NCBI GenBank assembly: GCA_963699255.1
Contig: OY969425.1
Location: forward strand, 1-32,000
Source: an uncultured bacterium
GTDB taxonomy: Bacteria > Margulisbacteria > WOR-1 > CAVSGV01
DNA length: 32,000 nt
Reading direction: 5' to 3'
Part shown: positions 1 to 8,566 of the stretch, piece after piece
Layout: each line of letters opens with the position of its first letter
Position numbering within the stretch: position 1 is the stretch's first letter
Program-made: the position numbers and the translations under genes
Notes under the pieces: model-generated
Databases searched by the model: none
The model's input: only the letters and a program-made list of their open reading frames with translations
What the model was told of the DNA's origin: nothing

Positions 1-43
1 CACGATCGCAGACGCAAGTATTCAATTAGAGTTATGGATAAAC

Positions 44-1563
<1,520 letters not shown>

Positions 1564-1733
1564 AAGGAGTCTAAATTTTTTAGTATTCCTAGGTCGTCGC
1601 CGATTTTATTATCGGCGCAAACGATGTCCACGTCTGAACCTGTTTAGTTTTGAAAGCGTAACCTTAAAATGCAAAGGCGATTGAGGGCATTTCCTGCCTG
1701 CCGGCAGGCAGGGAGGGCGATAGAAGGCATAGT

Positions 1734-1770
1734 AAAAGCCAATTGATCTAATGACCAATTGGCTTTTTTT
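1734..1770 (+). terminator. Intrinsic terminator downstream of rrs
   Basis: AAAA, then stem GCCAATTG (1738-1745), a 10-nt loop, CAATTGGC (1756-1763), then T7 (1764-1770). Confidence 0.7.
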
Positions 1771-1780
1771 GCCGCAAATG

Positions 1781-1811
1781 AAAAGCCTGGTAAAAATTAC
1801 CAGGCTTTTTT
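1781..1811. terminator. Bidirectional intrinsic terminator (rrs side and the 1833-2276 gene side)
   Basis: A4, then stem AGCCTGGTA (1784-1792), loop AAAAT, TACCAGGCT (1798-1806), then a T run to 1811. The A-tract/T-tract symmetry allows termination from either strand. It lies 22 nt beyond the stop of the minus-strand gene. Confidence 0.65.
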
Positions 1812-1832
1812 AAATGATATTAGTTATGTGCT

Positions 1833-2276
1833 TTAAATCTTTCCGGGCAACTGACCGTACCAGTTCTGCTGATCGTCCCGCGAAACAGTCGCCGTAAATT
1901 CAAGCGGCTCACGCTTAACTGCCTTCTTAACGGCATCAGTATAAAGAGAGCCCCAAATTCCTCCTTTAAACCACCTAATGTATTGATTAGTAAGGAAGTG
2001 GCTAAAGAGACTCTTCACATTTCCATACCATACCTTCTGATCGAGTTGCGGAACTTTTGCAGTAAGATCAACAATGCCGCAATTAAACATGTTGAGTACT
2101 CCAGTAAACCACCTATTGTGTTGCAGATATAGACCCTTCTTAATGGATACTCCATACCAAGCTTGCTGATCTCTTATGCTTTGTCGAGCTCCCGCTTTAA
2201 AATTCCCCTTAAATCCACCGCGGGACCAGCGCCTATGTTGATTGCCTAACGAATTAATTCCTTCTGATCCTTCCAT
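1833..2276 (-). CDS. Hypothetical 147-aa Trp-rich repeat protein: three QxxRW...WYG units, the last homologous to cytosolic segments of the GT2-like protein at 24371-25840
   Basis: The track ORF 1833-2342 opens at a TTG inside the promoter motif. The ATG at 2276 has the SD GGGGGTG 6 nt upstream, in the same GTGAATAAAATGG context as the neighbouring gene. Repeats: QHRRWSRGG..DQQAWYG, QHNRWFTG..DQKVWYG, QYIRWFKGG..DAVKKAVKREPLEFTAT..DQQNWYG. No signal peptide or TM segment. Confidence 0.7.
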   Translation of the reverse strand: MEGSEGINSLGNQHRRWSRGGFKGNFKAGARQSIRDQQAWYGVSIKKGLYLQHNRWFTGVLNMFNCGIVDLTAKVPQLDQKVWYGNVKSLFSHFLTNQYIRWFKGGIWGSLYTDAVKKAVKREPLEFTATVSRDDQQNWYGQLPGKI

Positions 2277-2318
2277 TTTATTCACCCCCTTGAAGAGGTC
2301 CACAGAAACAACTCTTAT

Positions 2319-2361
2319 CTCCCCTCTGTATATATATCGCAAAAATCGGCTTTATATTTCA
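2319..2361 (-). promoter_or_regulatory. Promoter-like motif copy (TGAAAT-N17-GATATA + TATACAGAGGGGAG)
   Basis: On the minus strand: TGAAAT (2361-2356), exactly 17 nt, GATATA (2338-2333), then the conserved ATATACAGAGGGGAG. There are 56 nt from GATATA to the ATG at 2276. Confidence 0.6.
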
Positions 2362-2403
2362 ATCGATGTGGTTTAGCTTGATCGGCCTTTTTTGTTGAAA
2401 ATG

Positions 2404-2432
2404 AAAAGCCCCTGTGAAAAACAGGGGCTTTT
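2404..2432 (-). terminator. Intrinsic terminator of the 2461-3321 gene
   Basis: Stem GCCCCTGT (2408-2415), loop GAAAA, ACAGGGGC (2421-2428), flanked by A4/T4. It lies 29 nt beyond the stop codon on the minus strand. Confidence 0.6.
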
Positions 2433-2460
2433 AAAACCATTAAAATCAAATACCGGTTCT

Positions 2461-3321
2461 TTAGTACTTCACCGTAACCTCAAGGTTTATCGGCGCGAGC
2501 CTTTTGAGGCCGACATAATACGGATTCGTATTTGGATCGTAAGGCTTGGTCGGATCATAAGGGTCGACTAATACCCTGTTGAGATCGTCTGCATGATACC
2601 CTGTCCATCTGACGCGATTATTGTATACCGTCACTATCCCTTCGTCAGGATCGAAGAGCAGTTTTTGAGCGCTTCCGACGCTATATCGTTTCATAGCGTT
2701 CAGGTCAACTATTGTCGAAGTATCGATCCCGTATTCGACCACCGCGCACACTTCCATGTTCCCGTTGCCTGTTTCGCTGTTCAGCAGCGCCTCGGGCAAA
2801 GTAAATTCCCGCTGTCCGCCGGCGAGATCAAAAATTCCCGCCGACAGCTCCGGCGCCGTAACGGGGTGGTCGCCTTTAAGCTCTACCCACCGTCCGCTTG
2901 TATCAAGGCCGTAGATCTTGCCATGGGACTTGTCAATAAGCTTGACGCTTTTTATATAAAGCTTTACCGGAGCCTGCCCGCCGTCCTTCCACGGGGTCAG
3001 GGCGGCATCGCCGGTCGCGCCGTTTATAAGGCTTCTTACCTGATAATCGACTTTATTGGCCTTTATGATGATCTTCGGCCTATAGCTGGGATCAGTATTG
3101 GGTGAGACCTTGTCAGACACGTCGATCTTCACTATTTTTGAAGTTCGGAACGTGCTGCCGTCATCTCTCACCAAAGGCCCTTCCCACTGGACATTCGTGG
3201 TATATTGCGGCCCTGAGACAGGCTTGGACGAACCTTTTTCACCCTTTTTGCCCTTAAAAAGGATCGAATCGATCAATGAGACCACAGGATTCTTGACAGC
3301 CGTTGTATCTGTTCCGCCCAT
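2461..3321 (-). CDS. Hypothetical protein (286 aa), no recognisable domain
   Basis: Long ORF. The track start at 3330 is GTG, but the ATG at 3321 has AAGGAG 8 nt upstream. It has its own promoter-motif copy and terminator. No signal peptide seen. Pro/Asp/Tyr-rich C-terminus (DPYDPTKPYDPNTNPYY) ending in VKY. Confidence 0.75.
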   Translation of the reverse strand: MGGTDTTAVKNPVVSLIDSILFKGKKGEKGSSKPVSGPQYTTNVQWEGPLVRDDGSTFRTSKIVKIDVSDKVSPNTDPSYRPKIIIKANKVDYQVRSLINGATGDAALTPWKDGGQAPVKLYIKSVKLIDKSHGKIYGLDTSGRWVELKGDHPVTAPELSAGIFDLAGGQREFTLPEALLNSETGNGNMEVCAVVEYGIDTSTIVDLNAMKRYSVGSAQKLLFDPDEGIVTVYNNRVRWTGYHADDLNRVLVDPYDPTKPYDPNTNPYYVGLKRLAPINLEVTVKY

Positions 3322-3363
3322 TTTATTCACTCCTTGGAAGGGTATTGAAATTAATGTCCCTTA

Positions 3364-3406
3364 CTCCCCTCTGTATATATATCGTCAGAAACCGCTTAAA
3401 ATTTCA
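3364..3406 (-). promoter_or_regulatory. Promoter-like motif copy (TGAAAT-N17-GATATA + TATACAGAGGGGAG)
   Basis: On the minus strand: TGAAAT (3406-3401), 17 nt, GATATA (3383-3378), then ATATACAGAGGGGAG. There are 56 nt to the ATG at 3321. The palindromic TATATATA could also serve the divergent + strand gene (TTAATG-N17-TATATA). Confidence 0.6.
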
Positions 3407-3437
3407 ATTATGGAAGAAGGAAGGAAATCCTGATAAA

Positions 3438-4313
3438 ATGTTACAAATGGCTAAACGATCGATACTCTTGCTGCTGCTCTCCGGTATTTTTTTATGTTCA
3501 CACGCATATTCATTCCCGGCGTTAAAACTGACGTCTGGAGGCGGGATCTTCGCCCAGGGGAAGACAGCGTACCTTTATTTCACCTCGAACGAGCCGAGCG
3601 TGGAGATAACCGGCGATTTCCAGGGAAAAGAATTCCGCGCTTATCCTTACCGCGGAAAATACCGCGCGGTGATCGGGTTCAGCATAGACGATCCCGGCAA
3701 CAAGAGCTATTACATGAAGGTGAAGGTGAGGGACGGCGCAGGGGAGACGGGCAATTATCATTATAAGGTATATGTCAGAAGAACAAAGTTCGGCAGGCTT
3801 AATTTTATCCTCAGGCCGAAAAAAGTCGAGATGCTCATGCCGGATACGATAAGGGCTGACTGGAAGAAGATAGAAGATGAGGTCATCAAGGAAAATCCGG
3901 AAAAATACTACCGGGGACGTTTTGTAAAGCCTATATACGGAAGAGTGTCGATGATCTTCGGGATCAATGAATTCATCAACGGAGAAGAATCGGGCAAGCA
4001 CAGGGGATTGGATTTCGCGGCTGTTGCTGGGACGCCTATCATGGCCTCAAATTCCGGCATCGTCAGGCTGGCCGAGCGCCTTCCCGCGCACGGCAATGCG
4101 GTGGTCATAGATCACGGGCAGGGGATATTCACTTATTACGCCCACATGAGCAAGATCCTCGCGACGGTGGGGGAAAAGGTAAAAAAGGGCCAGGTCATCG
4201 GCCTGGTCGGCATGACAGGCGTGGCGACGGGCCCGCATCTTCATTTTTCCATGAGCCTGCATAACCTGCGCGTCGACCCGATGCAGTGGTTAAAGGGAGT
4301 TATAGTAGATTAG
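3438..4313 (+). CDS. Secreted M23 (LytM-type) metallopeptidase
   Basis: C-terminal M23 signature HRGLDFAA..GTPIMASNSGIV..GNAVVIDHGQGIFTYYAHM..GQVIGLVGMTGVATGPHLHF (HxxxD and HxH zinc ligands). The N-terminus MLQMAKRSILLLLLSGIFLCSHAYS looks like a Sec signal. AGGAAGGAA lies upstream of the ATG at 3438; the track start at 3303 would read through the promoter region. Confidence 0.9.
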   Translation: MLQMAKRSILLLLLSGIFLCSHAYSFPALKLTSGGGIFAQGKTAYLYFTSNEPSVEITGDFQGKEFRAYPYRGKYRAVIGFSIDDPGNKSYYMKVKVRDGAGETGNYHYKVYVRRTKFGRLNFILRPKKVEMLMPDTIRADWKKIEDEVIKENPEKYYRGRFVKPIYGRVSMIFGINEFINGEESGKHRGLDFAAVAGTPIMASNSGIVRLAERLPAHGNAVVIDHGQGIFTYYAHMSKILATVGEKVKKGQVIGLVGMTGVATGPHLHFSMSLHNLRVDPMQWLKGVIVD

Positions 4314-4364
4314 AGGAGCTAGAAGAGCTAGGTGTTTAGAGGTTAAGAGGGCAAGAGGAGAAGG

Positions 4365-5453
4365 ATGAAAAACAAGATATTGAGAATGATCGACGCGAAC
4401 TTGAACCGAGCGACCGAGGGCTTGAGGGTCGCCGAGGATATTGTCCGCTTCGTGCTTGATGATGAAAAGCTGACCTCAAGATTGAAGCATATAAGGCATC
4501 AGTTATCGTCAAGCGTCAGGCGGATGGCGGGAGCGTCGGGCGAATCGTTGGGCGTCAGGGACGTCAGGCGTGATGTGGGATCAAAGAGGACAACAAGATC
4601 AGAAGCGGCAAGATCGAACATCCTTGATGTTTTTATGGCGAATATAAAGAGAGCCCAGGAATCAGTCCGGGTATTCGAGGAGACCTCAAAGCTTTTCGAC
4701 CCCAAGCTCAGCCCGAAGTTCAAGAAGCTAAGGTTCGAGCTTTACGAAATAGAGCAGCAAGCCGCGATCAAGTTAAAAAAAAAGATAAAACTGGATAGTC
4801 CGATATATATCATTACAGATAACTCGTTCGGCCACTCGCATCTTGAGATCATAAGGGAAGCCGCCAAAGCAGGAGCGACGATATTTCAATACAGGGATAA
4901 GTCAGAAGTAAGAAGTAAGAAGTTTGAAGTTGCTAGACAATTATCAAAATATGCCAAAGCTCATGGATTGACCTTTATAGTGAACGATGACATTGATATC
5001 GCGAAGAAAGTAAATGCGGATGGGGTGCATTTGGGGTATAGAGATGCGAGACGCGAGATGCGAAGTGCGAGGAAAAGGCTTGGTGTGGATAAGTTGATAG
5101 GCGTTTCCGCCTCAAATCTCAAGGAAGCTGTTAATGCTGAGGCCGTGGGAGCCGATTATATAGGGTTCGGACCGGTTTTTAAGACGCCTATAAAGCCTAA
5201 CGCCAAACCCACGGGTGTAAAGGAACTTAAGAAGGTGACGAAGCGGGTGATGATTCCTGTTGTGGCTATCGGGGGCGTTTGCGCCCGGACAATAGGTCAC
5301 GTTATGGCTTCGGGAGCCGCTTCAGGGGCTGTTATCAGGTATGTGAGCGGGGCAAAAGATATCAGGAAAGCGGTAAGGAATTTGTTCTTGGCTGGCTCGG
5401 AACCTGAGAATGAAATTCTCGGTTCCTCGCAAAGAAGGAACCGCGACTTTTAG
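4365..5453 (+). CDS. thiE: Thiamine-phosphate synthase with a ~155-aa N-terminal helical extension
   Basis: ThiE/TenI core from about aa 156: IYIITD..IFQYRDK..TFIVNDDIDIA..ADGVHLG..IGVSASN..GADYIGFGPVFKTPIKP..IPVVAIGGV. The N-terminal MIDANLNRATEGLRVAEDIVRF block is the kind of extra domain seen fused to some ThiE proteins. GGAGAAGG SD before the ATG. Confidence 0.88.
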   Translation: MKNKILRMIDANLNRATEGLRVAEDIVRFVLDDEKLTSRLKHIRHQLSSSVRRMAGASGESLGVRDVRRDVGSKRTTRSEAARSNILDVFMANIKRAQESVRVFEETSKLFDPKLSPKFKKLRFELYEIEQQAAIKLKKKIKLDSPIYIITDNSFGHSHLEIIREAAKAGATIFQYRDKSEVRSKKFEVARQLSKYAKAHGLTFIVNDDIDIAKKVNADGVHLGYRDARREMRSARKRLGVDKLIGVSASNLKEAVNAEAVGADYIGFGPVFKTPIKPNAKPTGVKELKKVTKRVMIPVVAIGGVCARTIGHVMASGAASGAVIRYVSGAKDIRKAVRNLFLAGSEPENEILGSSQRRNRDF

Positions 5454-5464
5454 TCGCAGGGTCC

Positions 5465-6523
5465 TTAAATGATGCCTTTTGCCACCAGGTCTCCGACCTC
5501 AGTAGTAGTAAATCCCATCTGTCCGGCAAGCTGGCTTTTCATCTTCGGGGTGGTTTTCGCTATTGAAGCTTCAATGGCGTTGGCGGCCTTCACTTCTCCA
5601 AGCGTTTCAAGCATCATCGCGCCCGCTCCGATGCACGCTATCGGATTGATCGCGTTCTTTCCGGTCCACATCGGCGCGCTGCCGCCTATGGGCTCGAACA
5701 TCGATACGCCTTTCGGATTGATATTACCACCCGCCGCTACCCCGAGCCCGCCCTGCGTGACGGCGGCGAGGTCGGTTATTATGTCCCCGAACATGTTCTC
5801 TGTCACTATCACGTCGAATATTTCCGGGCTGGCTATCATGTAAAGGCATGTGGCGTCCACGTGGTAGTATTCGCGCTTAACATCGGGATAATCGGACCCG
5901 ACCTCATCAAAGACCCTGTTCCAGAGGTCATACATGTACGTGAGGACGTTCGATTTGCCGACCATCGCCAGCTTTTTCTTTTTGCCGTGCTTTTGTGTGA
6001 AGTCGAACGCGTACCGCATCAATCTTTCCACCTGCGCGTAGGTGTAAATCATCCTCTGCTCGGCGATCTCATTTTTGGTGCCTTTATTTGTCTGTCCGCC
6101 CTGTCCGGAATACATGCCTCCGGTGTTCTCGCGGATGACGGTATAATCGATCTCTTTAGGCCCCTTTCCTTTTATGGGGCACTCGACGCCCGGATAAAGC
6201 TTTACCGGCCTCAGGTTGATGTATTGATCAAGGTCAAAACGGATCTTGAGTAGAAGCCCTTTTTCAAGAATCCCCGGCTTTACTTTCGGGTCCCCGACGG
6301 CCGAAAGATATATGGCGTCGCTTTTTTTGAAATCGGCCATGACCTGGTCCGGAAGAACTTCGCCGGTCCTTAAATATCTCGCGGCTCCGATGTCATGATA
6401 TGTCAGATTCAACTTAAAGCCGAACTTATCCGCCGCCGCCATGATGACCTTGATCCCTTCGGCCATCACTTCCGGGCCGGTCCCGTCGCCTTTTATGACC
6501 GCGATGTTATATGTTTTTGCCAT
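5465..6523 (-). CDS. leuB: 3-isopropylmalate dehydrogenase (isocitrate/isopropylmalate DH family, tartrate-DH-like subgroup)
   Basis: Family motifs are present: [65 protein letters not shown]. The start overlaps the leuD 3' end by 17 nt, with AAGGA as SD. Substrate assignment rests on the leuCD context. Confidence 0.8.
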   Translation of the reverse strand: MAKTYNIAVIKGDGTGPEVMAEGIKVIMAAADKFGFKLNLTYHDIGAARYLRTGEVLPDQVMADFKKSDAIYLSAVGDPKVKPGILEKGLLLKIRFDLDQYINLRPVKLYPGVECPIKGKGPKEIDYTVIRENTGGMYSGQGGQTNKGTKNEIAEQRMIYTYAQVERLMRYAFDFTQKHGKKKKLAMVGKSNVLTYMYDLWNRVFDEVGSDYPDVKREYYHVDATCLYMIASPEIFDVIVTENMFGDIITDLAAVTQGGLGVAAGGNINPKGVSMFEPIGGSAPMWTGKNAINPIACIGAGAMMLETLGEVKAANAIEASIAKTTPKMKSQLAGQMGFTTTEVGDLVAKGII

Positions 6524-7007
6524 GTATCTTTGTCCTTACATACTCTATGAGCCCGCCCGCCTTTATTATCTGCTGCATGAAAGGCGGGAACGAGGTCGCT
6601 TTATAATTCTTTTTTGTCGTGACGTTCCTTATCTCGCCGATGGTCAGCTCTATCTCGATCTCGTCGCCATCTGTGATGCCGTCCACAGCTTCTTTTGATT
6701 CAAGTATCGGCAATCCTATATTGATGGCATTGCGATAGAAGATCCTCGCGAAAGATTTGGCGATGACCGCCGATATCCCCGCCGCCTTTATCGCAATAGG
6801 CGCGTGCTCGCGTGAAGATCCGCAGCCGAAGTTCTCTCCGCCTACTATGATGTCGTTCACCTTCATCCTGTTAACGAAGCGCGGATCAGCGTCTTCCATC
6901 ACGTGTTTCGCGAGTTCCGCCGGGTCGTGAGTGTTCAGGTACCTCGCGGGGATTATCGCGTCGGTGTCAATATTGTCTCCGAATTTATGCGCTTTCCCTA
7001 ATAACAT
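6507..7007 (-). CDS. leuD: 3-isopropylmalate dehydratase small subunit (short, 166-aa type)
   Basis: [31 protein letters not shown] and [11 protein letters not shown] motifs of aconitase-family swivel subunits. Sits between leuC and leuB. Confidence 0.88.
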   Translation of the reverse strand: MLLGKAHKFGDNIDTDAIIPARYLNTHDPAELAKHVMEDADPRFVNRMKVNDIIVGGENFGCGSSREHAPIAIKAAGISAVIAKSFARIFYRNAINIGLPILESKEAVDGITDGDEIEIELTIGEIRNVTTKKNYKATSFPPFMQQIIKAGGLIEYVRTKIHGKNI

Positions 7008-7020
7008 GGTAACCTTTCTT

Positions 7021-7081
7021 TGTCATCCTGAATTTATTTCAGGATCTCAAATGCGGATTCCGAAACAAGTTCGGAATGACA
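7021..7081. repeat. Nested inverted repeats in the leuC-leuD spacer
   Basis: Hairpin ATCCTGAA (7025-7032) / TTCAGGAT (7038-7045) and hairpin ATTCCGAA (7057-7064) / TTCGGAAT (7070-7077), enclosed by TGTC (7021-7024) / GACA (7078-7081). The two stems are near-copies of each other. Confidence 0.5.
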
Positions 7082-8362
7082 TTATAACTCTTCCGGGCTT
7101 CCGATGCGCCCCAGCACCGCCGATGCCGCCGCGACCGCCACATTTGAGAGATATACTTCCGATTTAGGATGCCCCATGCGGCCCACAAAATTCCTGTTGG
7201 TGGTGGATAACGCTTTCTCGCCTTCCGCGAGGACTCCCATATGCCCGCCAAGGCACGGCCCGCAGGTCGGCGTTGAGACCGCGCATTGCGCGTCTATAAA
7301 GATGTCCATAAGGCCTTCTTTCACCATCTGTTTCACGATCATCTGGGTGGCGGGAAGTATTATCACTCTCAGGTCCTTATGTTTTTTCCTGCCTTTAAGT
7401 ATCTTTGCCGCGATCCTCATGTCCTCGATCCTTCCGTTGGTGCAGGAGCCGATCACCACCTGGTCAAGCTTCACGTTCAGCCTGGATGCCTCGGATATCG
7501 GCTTGGCATTCGACGGCAGGCTGGGGAAAGCGACCTGAGGCTCGATCTCGGCGCAGTTATACTCGATCACCCTGGCGTATGCCGCATCCGGATCGCTCTT
7601 ATATAGTGTATAGCTTCTTTTAATGTTGTTCCTTTTAATGACATCTTTGACATATTTGACGGTAATGTCATCCGGCTCTATTATCCCGTTCTTCCCGCCG
7701 GCTTCAATGGCCATGTTCGCCATGGTGAACCTCTGATCCATCGATAGGGCCTTTATCGCGTCGCCGGTGAACTCCATGGACATGTATCTGGCACCGTCAA
7801 CCCCGATATTGCCGATCGTATAAAGTATCAGGTCTTTTCCCTCGACCCATTTGTTCATCTTGCCTTTGTACACGAACTTAATGGTTTCCGGCACCTTGAG
7901 CCAGACCTCGCCTGTTGCCATGGCCGCGGCCATGTCAGTGGAGCCGACGCCCGTGGAGAACGCGCCAAGCGCTCCGTACGTACAGGTATGGGAATCCGCG
8001 CCTATTACAAGGTCGCCGGGAAGGACAAGCCCGAGTTCAGGGAGCAGCGCGTGTTCTATCCCGACGCATCCGATCTCAAAGAAATTCGTGATATTGAATT
8101 TTCGGGCGAATTCCCTGAGCATCTTTACCTGCTGAGCTGACTTTATGTCCTTGTTCGGCGTGAAGTGGTCGGGGACCAGCGCTATCCGGTCTTTGTCGAA
8201 TACCTTATCCACCCCGATCCTCTCGAATTCCTTTATGGCTGTGGGCGCGGTGATGTCGTTGCCCAGGACAAGGTCTGTCCTGGCATTGATCAGCTCTCCC
8301 GCGGAGACTTTTGATCTGCCGCAGTGGGCCGCAAGTATCTTTTCGGTTATCGTCATTGCCAT
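7082..8362 (-). CDS. leuC: 3-isopropylmalate dehydratase large subunit (short, 426-aa type)
   Basis: Aconitase-family large subunit: [33 protein letters not shown], and the Fe-S Cys motifs GSCTNGR and CGPCLG. No SD before the ATG at 8362, so the mRNA may be short-leadered. Confidence 0.9.
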   Translation of the reverse strand: MAMTITEKILAAHCGRSKVSAGELINARTDLVLGNDITAPTAIKEFERIGVDKVFDKDRIALVPDHFTPNKDIKSAQQVKMLREFARKFNITNFFEIGCVGIEHALLPELGLVLPGDLVIGADSHTCTYGALGAFSTGVGSTDMAAAMATGEVWLKVPETIKFVYKGKMNKWVEGKDLILYTIGNIGVDGARYMSMEFTGDAIKALSMDQRFTMANMAIEAGGKNGIIEPDDITVKYVKDVIKRNNIKRSYTLYKSDPDAAYARVIEYNCAEIEPQVAFPSLPSNAKPISEASRLNVKLDQVVIGSCTNGRIEDMRIAAKILKGRKKHKDLRVIILPATQMIVKQMVKEGLMDIFIDAQCAVSTPTCGPCLGGHMGVLAEGEKALSTTNRNFVGRMGHPKSEVYLSNVAVAAASAVLGRIGSPEEL

Positions 8363-8400
8363 GATGGTTAGATTTTAGCAGAAAATATTTTAAATTAAAC

Positions 8401-8429
8401 TGAAATTTTCCCATGAATATTACGATAAT
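8401..8429 (+). promoter_or_regulatory. Promoter-like motif copy (TGAAAT-N17-GATAAT), upstream member of a tandem pair
   Basis: TGAAAT 8401-8406, 17 nt, GATAAT 8424-8429. It lacks the downstream ACAGAGGGAG extension and lies 74 nt upstream of the next copy. Confidence 0.4.
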
Positions 8430-8474
8430 AACGCGGAGGAAAAAGCGGCCTACGAAAGCAAATACCTTAATGAT

Positions 8475-8515
8475 TGAAATTTTCGCGTGAAACTGACGAT
8501 ATATAAAGAGGGAAG
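8475..8515 (+). promoter_or_regulatory. Promoter-like motif copy preceding the tandem 900-aa genes
   Basis: TGAAAT 8475-8480, 17 nt, GATATA 8498-8503, then TAAAGAGGGAAG. There are 63 nt to the ATG at 8567, with a small hairpin GACGTT/AACGTC (8538-8553) just before the SD AGGAAGGA. Confidence 0.55.
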
Positions 8516-8566
8516 AAGCACAAATGTTTTGAGTCACGACGTTCGGCAACGTCACAGGAAGGATAC

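Noticed and set aside
1564-1733. Possible tRNA-Ile/tRNA-Ala or start of 23S in the region after the 16S
   Set aside because: No GGGC(T/G)ATAGCTCAG-type tRNA 5' arm, cloverleaf or 23S 5' sequence is present. The region ends in terminators.
1833-2276. Choline-/cell-wall-binding repeat protein (the WYG motifs resemble GW..WYY repeats)
   Set aside because: The repeat length is irregular (about 32-47 aa, not about 20) and there is no signal peptide. The clear similarity is to the QxxRW and loop segments of the GT2-like protein instead.
3303-3437. Upstream start (3303) for the M23 peptidase
   Set aside because: It would add 45 aa encoded by the divergent promoter region and bury the signal peptide. 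The ATG at 3438 has an SD and gives a canonical signal sequence.
2593-4262. Track ORFs 2593-3105(+), 3098-3433(+), 3494-3766(+), 3522-4001(-), 3908-4108(-), 4047-4262(-)
   Set aside because: They are antisense or out-of-frame shadows of the 2461-3321 gene and the M23 peptidase gene. They have no SD or motifs and give low-complexity translations.
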